Part shown: piece by piece, positions 1-9,144 of the stretch
Position numbering within the stretch: position 1 is the stretch's first letter
How the letters are laid out: every line of letters starts with the position of its first letter
DNA from: an uncultured Pirellulales bacterium
Lineage (GTDB): Bacteria; Planctomycetota; Phycisphaerae; Sedimentisphaerales; Anaerobacaceae
Length of the DNA stretch: 40,616 nt
Assembly (NCBI GenBank): GCA_964576935.1
Contig: CAZNXD010000001.1
Coordinates: forward strand, 1 to 40,616
Direction: 5' to 3'
Notes under the pieces: model-generated
Told to the model about the DNA's origin: nothing
Database searches by the model: none
Seen by the model: the letters and a program-made list of their open reading frames with translations, nothing else
Translations under genes and position numbers: made by a program

Positions 1-792
1 TTCATAATGTACATATTCCTGGGGGACTAGGCCAACAGGATACTCGATACGCTCTAGCCGGATAAAGTCTGGCAGACTACTGATGTCAATATGAATAAGG
101 CTCTTGGTATATTTGATAGTATAAGCCGTACCCTCTACCATACTCCCTCCAGACTTGAGACATATTCTTCCCTTCGCATAGTCCATCTCATAGTCTGTGT
201 CTCTGGTGTAGCTCGTTATAGCCTCGGAGTCATATTCAATAGGATGGTTGGCTAGTTCCACCCAGACTCCTGTGGTTGCTCCTGTACCTATATCTAATAC
301 ATCGGCTGCGCCCTCACCTATTATAGAAGCTATCTCTACCTCCAACACCCGCTTAAAGTATCTGACCCCTGTTTGTACCAATCCTCCTGATAGGTAGAAG
401 CTCTCCTCTACGTAATTGTCCTCTTCATCGTTCCCTTTGACTATGATATGGAAGGCAGTGATGGAGGCGTTGGTATCAGTGACAGTCAATAGTACAGGCC
501 GGGGCATGTCTGGTTGGGAGCCGGTGAGTGTCATGGTGTCGCCATCAGTGGTACTGGATATATCAGCATTATCCACGAGTAGGTCTGGGTCTGATACAAC
601 TGGTGTAGTGACCGACTCCCCTGTAACATCATCTACTATAGTTACCTCATGCACCCGGTCTAGGGGTAGGAACCGGCTAAGGTCAGCTACAGCCTTCTTG
701 ACACAACTAGTCAATTCCGCATCTGACCATACTGTACCAGCATCACTAAGGTCTACCCTTAAATTCGTAAGCAATTCTGTTAAATTTTTCAT
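1..792 (-). CDS. Virion-module protein, N-terminal 264 aa only (gene runs off the left edge)
   Basis: Minus-strand frame is open from ATG at 792 (MKNLTELLTNLRVDLSDAGTVWSDAEL...) to position 1. It is missing from the ORF track because it is open-ended. The listed + ORF 416..799 is its Ser-rich antisense shadow. Confidence 0.6.
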   Translation of the reverse strand, partial: MKNLTELLTNLRVDLSDAGTVWSDAELTSCVKKAVADLSRFLPLDRVHEVTIVDDVTGESVTTPVVSDPDLLVDNADISSTTDGDTMTLTGSQPDMPRPVLLTVTDTNASITAFHIIVKGNDEEDNYVEESFYLSGGLVQTGVRYFKRVLEVEIASIIGEGAADVLDIGTGATTGVWVELANHPIEYDSEAITSYTRDTDYEMDYAKGRICLKSGGSMVEGTAYTIKYTKSLIHIDISSLPDFIRLERIEYPVGLVPQEYVHYE

Positions 793-795
793 GCC

Positions 796-972
796 CTAGC
801 CTCCATTAATGGTCTTCTCTTCGGACTCTACCATCTTGTGCATAGTTGTACCTATGAGACCAGCTACACCAAGAGCACCTTCATAATGTCCTACTATTAC
901 AAGACATATACCAATGGCTCCTAGGACAGCTTCCCCTAGTAGAATTGACAGTCTAACCTTTCGTACTTCCAT
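796..972 (-). CDS. Small membrane protein, 58 aa, holin candidate
   Basis: ATG at 972 is preceded by AAGGAGG. Sequence is MEVRKVRLSILLGEAVLGAIGICLVIVGHYEGALGVAGLIGTTMHKMVESEEKTINGG, with one or two hydrophobic helices. It is below the ORF-track size cutoff. Confidence 0.45.
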   Translation of the reverse strand: MEVRKVRLSILLGEAVLGAIGICLVIVGHYEGALGVAGLIGTTMHKMVESEEKTINGG

Positions 973-985
973 TATGACCTCCTTA

Positions 986-1501
986 TTATTTTATAGTAAA
1001 TATAAATACTGGGTTACTTATAGGGGCGCTAGTACTAACAGCTACATCCAGTGTTAGATTAGCACTCTCACCACTGGCTATACCAAGTTGGCTAGGAGAT
1101 AGAGTAACATCCAGCCACTCTGGGAAAGGCTCTGTTGACGACTCTTCCCCAGCGTTCTCAAACCACTGCAACTCGTTGTAGGATATAGTCGTGCTTAGGT
1201 CATTAGGCCCATAATTCAATATCTCAAGTTCTAGGGTATGGACTGTACCTCTGTATGTACTCCCCAGTTTAAGAAATTCCTTAACCTCCAGTCCGTTGAG
1301 CAATACTGTAATCTCATCCGGGTTAGGGACAATCTCTACCTCGACCATGAAGGTTCTTAAAGCAGAGGAACTGATGTAGGGCGCAGGAGCTACTGGTATC
1401 TCTGTAACAGCTGGCTCTGGCACTGGCTCGACTGCACCTACACAACTGCACAGGACGAGAACTAATGATACGATTAATAGTACAATAGCTAACTTCCTCA
1501 T
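986..1501 (-). CDS. Predicted secreted protein or lipoprotein, 171 aa
   Basis: N-terminus MRKLAIVLLIVSLVLVLCSCVGA has a basic residue, a hydrophobic core and a Cys-containing lipobox-like L-C-S-C. The remainder looks beta-rich. Confidence 0.65.
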   Translation of the reverse strand: MRKLAIVLLIVSLVLVLCSCVGAVEPVPEPAVTEIPVAPAPYISSSALRTFMVEVEIVPNPDEITVLLNGLEVKEFLKLGSTYRGTVHTLELEILNYGPNDLSTTISYNELQWFENAGEESSTEPFPEWLDVTLSPSQLGIASGESANLTLDVAVSTSAPISNPVFIFTIK

Positions 1502-1512
1502 AGTGTTGCCTC

Positions 1513-2034
1513 CTATATGAATACTGCTTGTGGCCAGTAATGCTCACTCTTCAAAGTGGGGGAGTCAGTAAAGACCGGCTTATGCCATACCCCGGCCCAG
1601 GGAAAGCCAGCGTTATTCTCTAATACCCAAGGCTGGAGCCTGGTGTCGAGGGTTAGAAGGAATCCGTGGTAGCCTCCTTCCATCCAGCCTGTACACATGC
1701 GAGCGGAGAACTTGAATTTCCTCCCTGCATCCAACTGCCCCTGTAGCGCATAGTCTTCGCAATCCCAAAGCTCTGCAATATACCAGGATGCTGGGTAGAC
1801 TAATTCTGGCCCTAGCCTATCCAATTCGGCTTTGCTTGTGAGGGTCAAAGTCGAATCCATAGGATTGGCTCCCTTATTGATAGTAGTGATGTTGTATTCT
1901 GTAAGCAGGTGGTCTACGAAGAACCGGCGAGTAACCTGCAGCAACTCAACAACTGGCTGCACAACAGTCTGGCTAAGATTAGACTCCTGCATCTGGTGAG
2001 CTTGGTTTATGTCTTTGACAAATCTAATACACAT
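1513..2034 (-). CDS. Hypothetical protein, possibly papain/transglutaminase-fold cysteine peptidase (lysin candidate)
   Basis: AGGAGG lies 8 nt upstream of ATG 2034. Motif WDCEDYA (C-x-x-[FY]-A) is followed by GGYHGF and TLD/VLEN, the Cys-His-Asp/Glu order of that fold. The function is inferred by eye only. Confidence 0.5.
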   Translation of the reverse strand: MCIRFVKDINQAHQMQESNLSQTVVQPVVELLQVTRRFFVDHLLTEYNITTINKGANPMDSTLTLTSKAELDRLGPELVYPASWYIAELWDCEDYALQGQLDAGRKFKFSARMCTGWMEGGYHGFLLTLDTRLQPWVLENNAGFPWAGVWHKPVFTDSPTLKSEHYWPQAVFI

Positions 2035-2046
2035 TATGCTAACCTC

Positions 2047-4830
2047 CTATATAGCCGCTATCGATACTGTGTTACCTAAACCATACTCAGTCACGTGGTG
2101 CGATGGAGCATTATGGCTATATAAATCCAATTTATAGTACCAATCTACGGGAACTATAAAACTACCAGAACCTACTAATCGGCCTGCTCCAGTGTCATTC
2201 ATTATCCGTACAGCCAATGTAGATGGAGTACTGTCACTATCACACAATGCCTGGATACCTTCGCCATCATCACAAGTAGCTATTAAGGTTACAAGTATAG
2301 GACAGTCCCCGGTATTGTGGTAGACTGTGCCAACTGTTCTAGTTACTCCGCTATCTCTATCTATCGTCAGGTTACTAATAGTCGTTACGCCATCGGGGGC
2401 TATGATAACATCATCGTCAGCATAAAGGGTAACATCATTCTCTGCGTAGAGGACTATGGAGTTGTCAGCACCGGCAGGGTCGGCAGTACCAGCACCCAAG
2501 TTAACCCTGTCTCCATGGACAGTAACAACATCAGAACCTGTTATCTGTATCTCATCTGTACTAGGCTCGAATCTAATATGGCTGACTATCCCCAGCAACT
2601 CTAACCTAGCACCAGTGGCAGCAGAAATATAGAAGGTTTTGGGTGTCCCTGTTTGGGCACCTATAGCACCTACTAATGTGGCACCGGAATATATTAGTGC
2701 GTTACCATCATCCTTAATCTGCAAACCGCCACTATCAAGAATAACAGTACCAGCTCCGGCATAGAGCTTCCCATCTGTGCCTATATAAATCTGCCTATTA
2801 GTATTATTGGTGTAGTCGGTCTTGGTGGGGAAAGCCTCAAATGCTATCTGACCTCCATATATCCCAATCCCCCTAGTGGCATCCAACACCACACCTGTCT
2901 GGTCGTACCACTCCCCATCCTTTACAGTATCCGCAGTCAGCTTCAATAGGCCAGCATATATCTGAGTAGACAATATAGCCTGTAGCTTAGCTCCACTGCC
3001 CAAGTCTACTTCCAGCAACCCGGCCATGTGGATAGCATCAGCAGTAATCAAAGGTTCCTTACCATAACTAGGCAGCACGGTGGCATTGATACCAGCAGCT
3101 GACCCCTTCTTAACTAAGCAGACTACACCTGTTCGTACTGACAAGTAGGTAGATATATAGTCATCAATAGTAGCCACCTTCAACACATTCGGTGAGGCAT
3201 CATCAAGGTCGAAGTATATATAGCGCAGTGTGGTGTTAGCTATGTTACCAGTAGTACCAGATGCAATAGCCTGTGTAGTTCCGTCATAGAAGGTAATAGT
3301 ACCAGAAGCCCAGGTTACTGTGTCCTGGTCTACAGAGGTAAAAGTGAGGTCATGGACATAGCCTTGAATAGCCTCAGGTAGCTGCCAGGCATAGAGTGGC
3401 TTTGCAGTAGCAGGAGGCTTCCCATCCAGATTATCTGTAAGGTCTTTCAAGTCGTTATCCGCACTGCCGCTCCCTGCATCCATAGCACCAGGCTCTGAGT
3501 ACAGCCCACCAAGATTTAGTCTAATCTCGTAAGTGTCTGAGGACGGCTCAAATACCCGCTCTACTCTTCCTACTCTACCCTTGGCAGTAACATTCAGGCG
3601 GGAATCTACGCACTGTACCATATCATATATTTCTAATCCACACTCCATCGGAGCGACAATCTGGCCCTGGTATGCCTCTGCTACCTTATGGGCAATCCAG
3701 GCATCGGCTCTATTGTCTACATCGGCTTGGGAGGCTGCATCTGGGTCTACCTGTATGGGTGCTACGACAGTGCCGAATTTGGCTACGGAATCAGCATCTA
3801 CACCATGACTAGCAGGGTCAGAAATCCAGGTAGGAGCGTTCTGAGCATCTACCGCTCCACTAACAACATAGACTGTATTAGGGAGTATATAAGCCCGCTC
3901 TCGTAGATTAAGATAGAAGGGGTGAGTAGAGGAGAACTCGTACTCGGCAGCATCTGATGTATCTAGGTACAAGGCATGGAAGTGGTCATCATTCTCATAC
4001 CGCAGCCCGCACTCAGTACGAAGAAGTATTCTGCGGATTACTTTACGATTACTAGTACCTACATCTACCTCCAGCTTGGGAGTATCAGCCATAGAGCCTA
4101 ATGTATCGTCCTCGTCTACATCCACAGTCTTGCCAGTCAAAGACTCTAGCCGGACTTCGGTAGAGGTGTCGCCAGCTGCATAGACCAGTATCCCATAATT
4201 GGCCGTAACTGTAACTGATGCGATTGTGGCGGAGGAGGTTCCTCCTGTACAAGTGTATGAGCCTGAGAATGGTGTCTCGGACTCTCTGGTGACAACTATA
4301 TAGTCCCCTGACACACATGCACAGCGACCAGTAGCTCCTGTAGTTGCTTGGGTCACTAATTCACCAATCTCAAAGACTCCAGCTATATCGCTAGTACTAC
4401 TGGCAGTAAGTTTCTTCCCTCCTTCAAACACATAGTCCATTTCTATCTTAGCCCAGATACTCACACAATACAACTCGGTGACTGACTCACCTTCGTAGGA
4501 AATATCCCGCTGCATCTTGACCCGCATATTTGCTGCGCTGGAATACCAGGTAGAATCTGGGGAACCGCCAAGGTCAAAGCCCCAGCCTATTGTAACCAGA
4601 TACCCTCGCAAATCCTTGGCTGAGAAGTGCTCGTCAAAGTTGCTGAGCCGGACTATGGTCACACCAGCATAGCCCTCCTCCCACTGCTCTACATAGACTA
4701 TCCTATTAGTCCCGTCCTGTGTAGTATAAGTATATGTAGTCCCGCCTTCATCGTCAAAGTGTATACGCATGTAGGGGATACGATAGTCTTCCTGCTGCTT
4801 TGTAGTTAGAGCTGCATCTAGGGTTCTCAT
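2047..4830 (-). CDS. Large tail protein (tail hub/fibre-like), 927 aa
   Basis: Long ORF in the structural arm. I place the start at ATG 4830, which forms an ATGA overlap with the stop of 4827..5450. The track start at 4884 lies inside the upstream gene. The C-terminal half is Gly/Thr/Val-rich and fibre-like. Confidence 0.7.
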   Translation of the reverse strand: MRTLDAALTTKQQEDYRIPYMRIHFDDEGGTTYTYTTQDGTNRIVYVEQWEEGYAGVTIVRLSNFDEHFSAKDLRGYLVTIGWGFDLGGSPDSTWYSSAANMRVKMQRDISYEGESVTELYCVSIWAKIEMDYVFEGGKKLTASSTSDIAGVFEIGELVTQATTGATGRCACVSGDYIVVTRESETPFSGSYTCTGGTSSATIASVTVTANYGILVYAAGDTSTEVRLESLTGKTVDVDEDDTLGSMADTPKLEVDVGTSNRKVIRRILLRTECGLRYENDDHFHALYLDTSDAAEYEFSSTHPFYLNLRERAYILPNTVYVVSGAVDAQNAPTWISDPASHGVDADSVAKFGTVVAPIQVDPDAASQADVDNRADAWIAHKVAEAYQGQIVAPMECGLEIYDMVQCVDSRLNVTAKGRVGRVERVFEPSSDTYEIRLNLGGLYSEPGAMDAGSGSADNDLKDLTDNLDGKPPATAKPLYAWQLPEAIQGYVHDLTFTSVDQDTVTWASGTITFYDGTTQAIASGTTGNIANTTLRYIYFDLDDASPNVLKVATIDDYISTYLSVRTGVVCLVKKGSAAGINATVLPSYGKEPLITADAIHMAGLLEVDLGSGAKLQAILSTQIYAGLLKLTADTVKDGEWYDQTGVVLDATRGIGIYGGQIAFEAFPTKTDYTNNTNRQIYIGTDGKLYAGAGTVILDSGGLQIKDDGNALIYSGATLVGAIGAQTGTPKTFYISAATGARLELLGIVSHIRFEPSTDEIQITGSDVVTVHGDRVNLGAGTADPAGADNSIVLYAENDVTLYADDDVIIAPDGVTTISNLTIDRDSGVTRTVGTVYHNTGDCPILVTLIATCDDGEGIQALCDSDSTPSTLAVRIMNDTGAGRLVGSGSFIVPVDWYYKLDLYSHNAPSHHVTEYGLGNTVSIAAI

Positions 4831-5450
4831 AACTGCATGCCACCTCTGAGGATTATGTCTCGGGCAGACTTGTGCCGAAGCCAACCTGTGCCAGGAATAG
4901 GAGTATTAGAACCTTTTATCACTTCCATCCTTACACCATTTGCATAGTTAGTAAGTGTCCCCCCATAGCTGGGTGTATGGTATACTATTACATATAGCTG
5001 AGTACAAAGACTTGTAGAAAGTGTAATCCCTGGGCGTCTTAGGGCTGTACCAACTTGAAGGGAGGTTATGTCAGATATTGTAAAGGCTTTTCCAGTATCT
5101 GGGTTTAACGACCACTCCTTAGAATATAGAGCAAACTGTTGGGTAAGTGTGTGTTCATTACTTTCTTCAACAGTAGAACCGCTTTTTATAGCCACCTTTA
5201 AACTAGTTTGAGTAGGAATAGATGGGGACAAGCAATAAGCGCATACTTCTATTTTGTCAATAGTTCCAAGCTTATAAGGAGCTTCTATATTATACAAGTC
5301 CCTTAGCCAGTCGGTTCCGTAGTTGTAGATGTACGTCACTGCATAGTCAGAAACTACATCGTCAACATTAAGGTAATTATCTACCTCTGGTGTTCTAAGT
5401 AGGTTTGTCTCATCTCCTGCTGCATTTGGTCTTAGTATTACAGTTGCCAT
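4827..5450 (-). CDS. Virion-module hypothetical protein, 207 aa
   Basis: Intact ORF that is translationally coupled (ATGA) to the downstream tail protein. Confidence 0.7.
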   Translation of the reverse strand: MATVILRPNAAGDETNLLRTPEVDNYLNVDDVVSDYAVTYIYNYGTDWLRDLYNIEAPYKLGTIDKIEVCAYCLSPSIPTQTSLKVAIKSGSTVEESNEHTLTQQFALYSKEWSLNPDTGKAFTISDITSLQVGTALRRPGITLSTSLCTQLYVIVYHTPSYGGTLTNYANGVRMEVIKGSNTPIPGTGWLRHKSARDIILRGGMQL

Positions 5451-5460
5451 AGTCTTTTCC

Positions 5461-5718
5461 TTACATTAATCGAAGAATAGTATTATCCAGAATTCCAAGG
5501 GCTATAAGAATAAGAATTAAGACTATCAGGGTGAAGCGGTTTAAGGTGCTTCTTACTTTATTCTCCCTCACACTATTCTTTATATGTCCTATGTCCTTGC
5601 CACACTTGTACCCTTGCCGGGCTACAAATTTCAGCAGTTCATTACTGCCCTCTTTCTCTTTGGTCTCCAGCATTCTCTCAAATTCTAAGTCATGCCTGAC
5701 ATCATCTCCGTTAGACAC
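5461..5718 (-). CDS. Small C-terminally anchored membrane protein, 85 aa
   Basis: GTG at 5718 is preceded by GGGAAGGAG with a 6-nt spacer. The C-terminus FTLIVLILILIALGIL is a TM helix. The longer track ORF to 5871 overlaps 5711..5902 out of frame and its N-terminus looks non-coding. Confidence 0.45.
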   Translation of the reverse strand: MSNGDDVRHDLEFERMLETKEKEGSNELLKFVARQGYKCGKDIGHIKNSVRENKVRSTLNRFTLIVLILILIALGILDNTILRLM

Positions 5719-5902
5719 GAGGTGCTCCTTCCCGCATAGGTGCTCTGCCCAGCTTCGCCTCGGCCATCTGGCTGCACATCGCAACAGCTTGGTCTTGGGG
5801 AGTACCTCTGCGGACTTCTGTGGCGATACAGTCGCTAATGGCTGCCTTGACCTGAGCTTCGTCACTACCACTGTGTAATTTATCTACTGCTGTCGGACTC
5901 AT
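5711..5902 (-). CDS. Small hypothetical protein, 63 aa
   Basis: ATG 5902 is preceded by GGAGGAATAGACC. The composition looks plausible for a real protein. Confidence 0.55.
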   Translation of the reverse strand: MSPTAVDKLHSGSDEAQVKAAISDCIATEVRRGTPQDQAVAMCSQMAEAKLGRAPMREGAPRV

Positions 5903-5905
5903 GGT

Positions 5906-6046
5906 CTATTCCTCCACTCCGGCTTCCTTGTCCCCATAGGCATCACTGACATCTTCCCCGGACATAGCTTCGATGGCTAGGAGAATCTGCTTATTCTCAA
6001 CAGGGGCAGGGTTCCCTATATTTATGTCCCTTCCATAATCTGTCAT
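5906..6046 (-). CDS. Small acidic hypothetical protein, 46 aa
   Basis: ATG 6046 is preceded by AAAGGAGACACAAA. Sequence is MTDYGRDINIGNPAPVENKQILLAIEAMSGEDVSDAYGDKEAGVEE. It is below the track cutoff. Confidence 0.45.
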   Translation of the reverse strand: MTDYGRDINIGNPAPVENKQILLAIEAMSGEDVSDAYGDKEAGVEE

Positions 6047-6071
6047 TTTGTGTCTCCTTTATATAATATTC

Positions 6072-6097
6072 GGGGAGGGAAGTACTCTCCCCTCCCC
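6072..6097 (-). terminator. GC-rich stem-loop in a 116-nt untranslated gap (possible attenuator or terminator)
   Basis: GGGGAGGG (6072..6079) pairs with CCCTCCCC (6090..6097) around a 10-nt loop. On the minus strand it is followed by an A/U-rich tract, not a clean U-tract. Confidence 0.35.
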
Positions 6098-6163
6098 TAT
6101 GTTGATTTCCACGCTCAGCACTAAAGGCGCAGTTTATTCACTTGTAACTTTCAGCTTTACCGC

Positions 6164-6790
6164 CTATTCCATCACCAATTCGCTCTGGGGAACCTCGAAC
6201 CACTTAAACCCTACATTGAAGTCCTCATCCACAGACGAGGCATAGATGTGCAGGGAAATACCGGCAGTCGGAGGAACCATAAGCGTACCGTTAACAGGAA
6301 CGAAGGCACCAGCGCCGCCGAGTACACCAGTAGGCTCGACATTGAGACTGTTCATAACTGGATACCACCCATCATCCACAACAGTAGCACCTATATCCAG
6401 CCGGGCATTACCTCCGTAACTGGCGATACCTCGTGTGCTGTTAATCTTGGTGATGTCAGCAGTGACTGCGCTCATGCCGACTGGGTGAACACAGGCAAAC
6501 ATAGTCCATCTGCTCTCAGCAGCGCCGGAGATGTCCTGGTTCGCCAGAAGCCCCTCGATAACGTAAACCTTACCTCCACCGGCCTCTCCGTTCCACAAGG
6601 TAAATAGGGCCGTAGTGGTAGGCTCGTCAGCAACAGCTGCTACGGCAGTTGTAGTCCTTGCTTGGTAGCCATAGCCCTTTGCAGTCCAGAGTATCCTCTG
6701 GTCAACAGTGACAAGAGCACCGCCTTCACTTGAGACAAGGTCAACTTCAGCTCCAGAATATGATTTGACTCCTTTTATTCTTGTTTGCAT
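6164..6790 (-). CDS. Virion structural protein, 208 aa, function unknown
   Basis: AAGGAGAG RBS, a beta-rich sequence and a position downstream of the capsid genes. Confidence 0.7.
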   Translation of the reverse strand: MQTRIKGVKSYSGAEVDLVSSEGGALVTVDQRILWTAKGYGYQARTTTAVAAVADEPTTTALFTLWNGEAGGGKVYVIEGLLANQDISGAAESRWTMFACVHPVGMSAVTADITKINSTRGIASYGGNARLDIGATVVDDGWYPVMNSLNVEPTGVLGGAGAFVPVNGTLMVPPTAGISLHIYASSVDEDFNVGFKWFEVPQSELVME

Positions 6791-6875
6791 TATTTTCTCT
6801 CCTTAGTAATTAATATTTGCCTCAGAACTAAATCCCAAACAAATTATCTTATAGGCAATTTCCTCCTTAATTATT

Positions 6876-7022
6876 CTACCCGCCATCATCAATCTCCTCC
6901 GCTCCAAGCTCATCAATAAGAGTCTCTAGCAAATAGGTAAGGTCAAAGCCGGAGAATAGCTCTTCCTCGACAAGCTCTCGTGCTACCAACTCCTTGAGGA
7001 TAACCATCACTACCTGAGCCAT
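6876..7022 (-). CDS. Small acidic hypothetical protein, 48 aa
   Basis: ATG 7022 lies downstream of AAGGAGG. Sequence is MAQVVMVILKELVARELVEEELFSGFDLTYLLETLIDELGAEEIDDGG. It is below the track cutoff. Confidence 0.4.
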   Translation of the reverse strand: MAQVVMVILKELVARELVEEELFSGFDLTYLLETLIDELGAEEIDDGG

Positions 7023-7040
7023 ATCATACCGGGCCTCCTT

Positions 7041-7490
7041 CTACAGTTTCTCGAACGGGTACGGGGTGAGGTAGCAATAACCAGTGCCCTGGTCATCGGA
7101 AGCGACATTGGTCATCTTTACTCTCATGTAGCGTTTGGTAGGAACGACTCTGCGAACGATTGTGCAGGGCTGTTCACTACCAGCAATCTCACCCGTCACA
7201 GCTGCGGCGAGGTCGAGCTTGCCCAGCTCATGGACATCACTGGCAAAGTCCACTTCATCGGACTCTTCAACGGTAGCGGTAAGGGCATCGTCTGAGGCAT
7301 TGGCAGAGTCAGCCAGTACCAATACAACAGCTAAGCCTCCCTTTGGGCCACCATTCACCAAGTCCAGGACTGCGTGGCCTCCGTCATTCCGGGTAGTGCT
7401 AGTGGGCTGGCCATGCGTAGCGGTAGTAACAAGCGCATAGGTCAGGTCAGCACTACCATCGTAAAATACTAAATTTGCGTCTAACGGCAT
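7041..7490 (-). CDS. Virion protein next to the capsid gene (decoration or head-completion candidate), 149 aa
   Basis: AAAGGAGG RBS, immediately downstream of the major capsid gene. Confidence 0.65.
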   Translation of the reverse strand: MPLDANLVFYDGSADLTYALVTTATHGQPTSTTRNDGGHAVLDLVNGGPKGGLAVVLVLADSANASDDALTATVEESDEVDFASDVHELGKLDLAAAVTGEIAGSEQPCTIVRRVVPTKRYMRVKMTNVASDDQGTGYCYLTPYPFEKL

Positions 7491-7523
7491 TTGGTTCCTC
7501 CTTTATATTACTTATTAATCGGG

Positions 7524-8498
7524 CTAGGAAGCGGTAGCGTCTGCCCGGATTCCGTATAGCCTACCTACGCTCCGGGGGTCAATGGTGGCTAGACCTAACG
7601 GCCAGTCAACCATAGTCCGGTATACAGGCTTGGACTCCAGAAGTCCCATGTCCTCGACTTCGAGCGGGTACTCCTGTATGCCCCAGGTCATGTCACCTAT
7701 GCCGAATTTAATGGCGTAGATGCTGGTCTCGTAGGAACCGCCTCCATCAGACTCGGTGTTGGTGATTATCTCCGTGGTCTGGTCGGCCTTGACTCCGATG
7801 TCAATTAGTCTCGCTCCCTGGTACACATCAATAGTCCTGTCGAACATGTCCTTAGTCTGGTCGAGCAGTTTCTCTCTGCGTAGGAGTGAGCGAAGGGCTA
7901 GGAGCATCTTCTTGTTCATGAGTAGATAATCTGGATTATGCCCCTTGATGGCGTAGATGAGCTGGTCGAGCTTGTCGAGGAAGGAGTGTCGAGCAGCTTC
8001 GGTGCGAAGAATACCATAGTCAGTAGTATCGGCCAAGTCAATCAGCTGGTCAGTAAACCCTGCATCGTAGACATCATCTACCCGCTTGTCCAGGCCTTTG
8101 AATTCCTCCGGGTCTGATGTAGGATTACCATTAATCATCTTGTCGTTGAACTTGTAGACCATAGCCTTCAGCATCATGTTCTGCTGAATAGCTCTGGCAT
8201 CGGCAACGGTGTTCTTGGCCCTGGCGATGGCTTTGTCAGTGTCGATGTAGCCACCGGCAAGGGAGATGTTCTCCACTGCGTGCTCGAAGGCTCCGGTGGA
8301 TTCGCTGTAGCCCTCGTTGATTTTGCGGAAGCCAACGCTAGGCAGGCTGGAAATCTTCACAATGGAGGTGGAGAGCGCACCGAGGGTTTCCCAGGGGATA
8401 ATCTCCATAAGGTTAGATTCCATTATGAAAGTATCAATGACTGACTTACGCAGCGGGTCAGTTTCGATTTTACTTAATTCTGCTAAGTTCCAGGCCAT
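7524..8498 (-). CDS. Major capsid protein (HK97-fold type inferred)
   Basis: 324 aa, strong RBS AAGGAGG, directly after a coiled-coil scaffold gene, with the size and position typical of capsid genes. The assignment rests on synteny and general sequence character. Confidence 0.7.
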   Translation of the reverse strand: MAWNLAELSKIETDPLRKSVIDTFIMESNLMEIIPWETLGALSTSIVKISSLPSVGFRKINEGYSESTGAFEHAVENISLAGGYIDTDKAIARAKNTVADARAIQQNMMLKAMVYKFNDKMINGNPTSDPEEFKGLDKRVDDVYDAGFTDQLIDLADTTDYGILRTEAARHSFLDKLDQLIYAIKGHNPDYLLMNKKMLLALRSLLRREKLLDQTKDMFDRTIDVYQGARLIDIGVKADQTTEIITNTESDGGGSYETSIYAIKFGIGDMTWGIQEYPLEVEDMGLLESKPVYRTMVDWPLGLATIDPRSVGRLYGIRADATAS

Positions 8499-8510
8499 TC
8501 CTGTTCCTCC

Positions 8511-9089
8511 TTATTTTTTATCGCTAGATTCATATGCTAGGGCAGCTAACTCCATCGGACTTTTTCCTTGTAAATTACCACCGCCACCTGCTCCGCCAGC
8601 CGCATAGTTTCCCAGCGGCTTCCCTGTTACAGAAGCTAACGCCTCTGCATATACCTCAAGCTTCTCTATGGTATCCTTAGAATCCACAGTAGCCCTCGGT
8701 ACTCCATAGGTATTCACAATAAGTGTCCGTTGAAGTTCCAGGAGCTTTGTACCAAGCCCCTCACCGCTAGTCTTGGCGGTCTGCAAGTCTGCTTTCAACT
8801 TCTCGGTCTCGGCTGCAGATGCCGTGCCTTTGGCTAGCTGTTCTTCCAGACTAGTAACCTTAGCCTCAGCTTGGAGTGTTGCTTGCTTCGCAGTCTCCAG
8901 TGCCTCCTTTGAATCGCCTCCACCCGAAGCTTGAAGGTCTTTCAACTGCTGCTCAACAGACTCCTTGCTCCCCTTCAGCGTAAGCAAATCAGCCTCTTTA
9001 ACGTATCGGACTTCTGCTTCCCCGTCCTTTACTATAAGAGCACCATCTTCGCCTATACTCCCGGTCAGATTGTTGTTGCCTTCTACCAT
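8511..9089 (-). CDS. Scaffolding protein
   Basis: 192 aa, rich in Ala/Glu/Lys/Leu/Gln, with heptad-like segments (LEEQLAKGTASAAETEKLKADLQTAK). It sits immediately upstream of the capsid gene. Confidence 0.7.
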   Translation of the reverse strand: MVEGNNNLTGSIGEDGALIVKDGEAEVRYVKEADLLTLKGSKESVEQQLKDLQASGGGDSKEALETAKQATLQAEAKVTSLEEQLAKGTASAAETEKLKADLQTAKTSGEGLGTKLLELQRTLIVNTYGVPRATVDSKDTIEKLEVYAEALASVTGKPLGNYAAGGAGGGGNLQGKSPMELAALAYESSDKK

Positions 9090-9115
9090 GATATTGCCTC
9101 CTTACTATTATCTTT

Positions 9116-9144
9116 ATTATATCATAAGGTAATAATCTAGTCAA
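9116..9144 (-). promoter_or_regulatory. Internal sigma70-type promoter driving the scaffold and capsid genes
   Basis: The minus strand reads TTGACT (9144..9139), a 17-nt spacer, then TATAAT (9121..9116) with TGa extended -10. It lies in the 126-nt AT-rich gap between the giant gene and the scaffold gene. Confidence 0.6.

Noticed and set aside
416-799. 127-aa + strand ORF from the track
   Set aside because: It has a Ser/Thr/Val-rich low-complexity translation, a TTG start and no RBS. It lies entirely antisense to the well-formed minus-strand gene 1..792.
4831-4884. Longer start (4884) for the tail protein
   Set aside because: The extra 18 codons lie inside the upstream gene. ATG 4830 gives a classic ATGA stop-start overlap with a purine-rich RBS.
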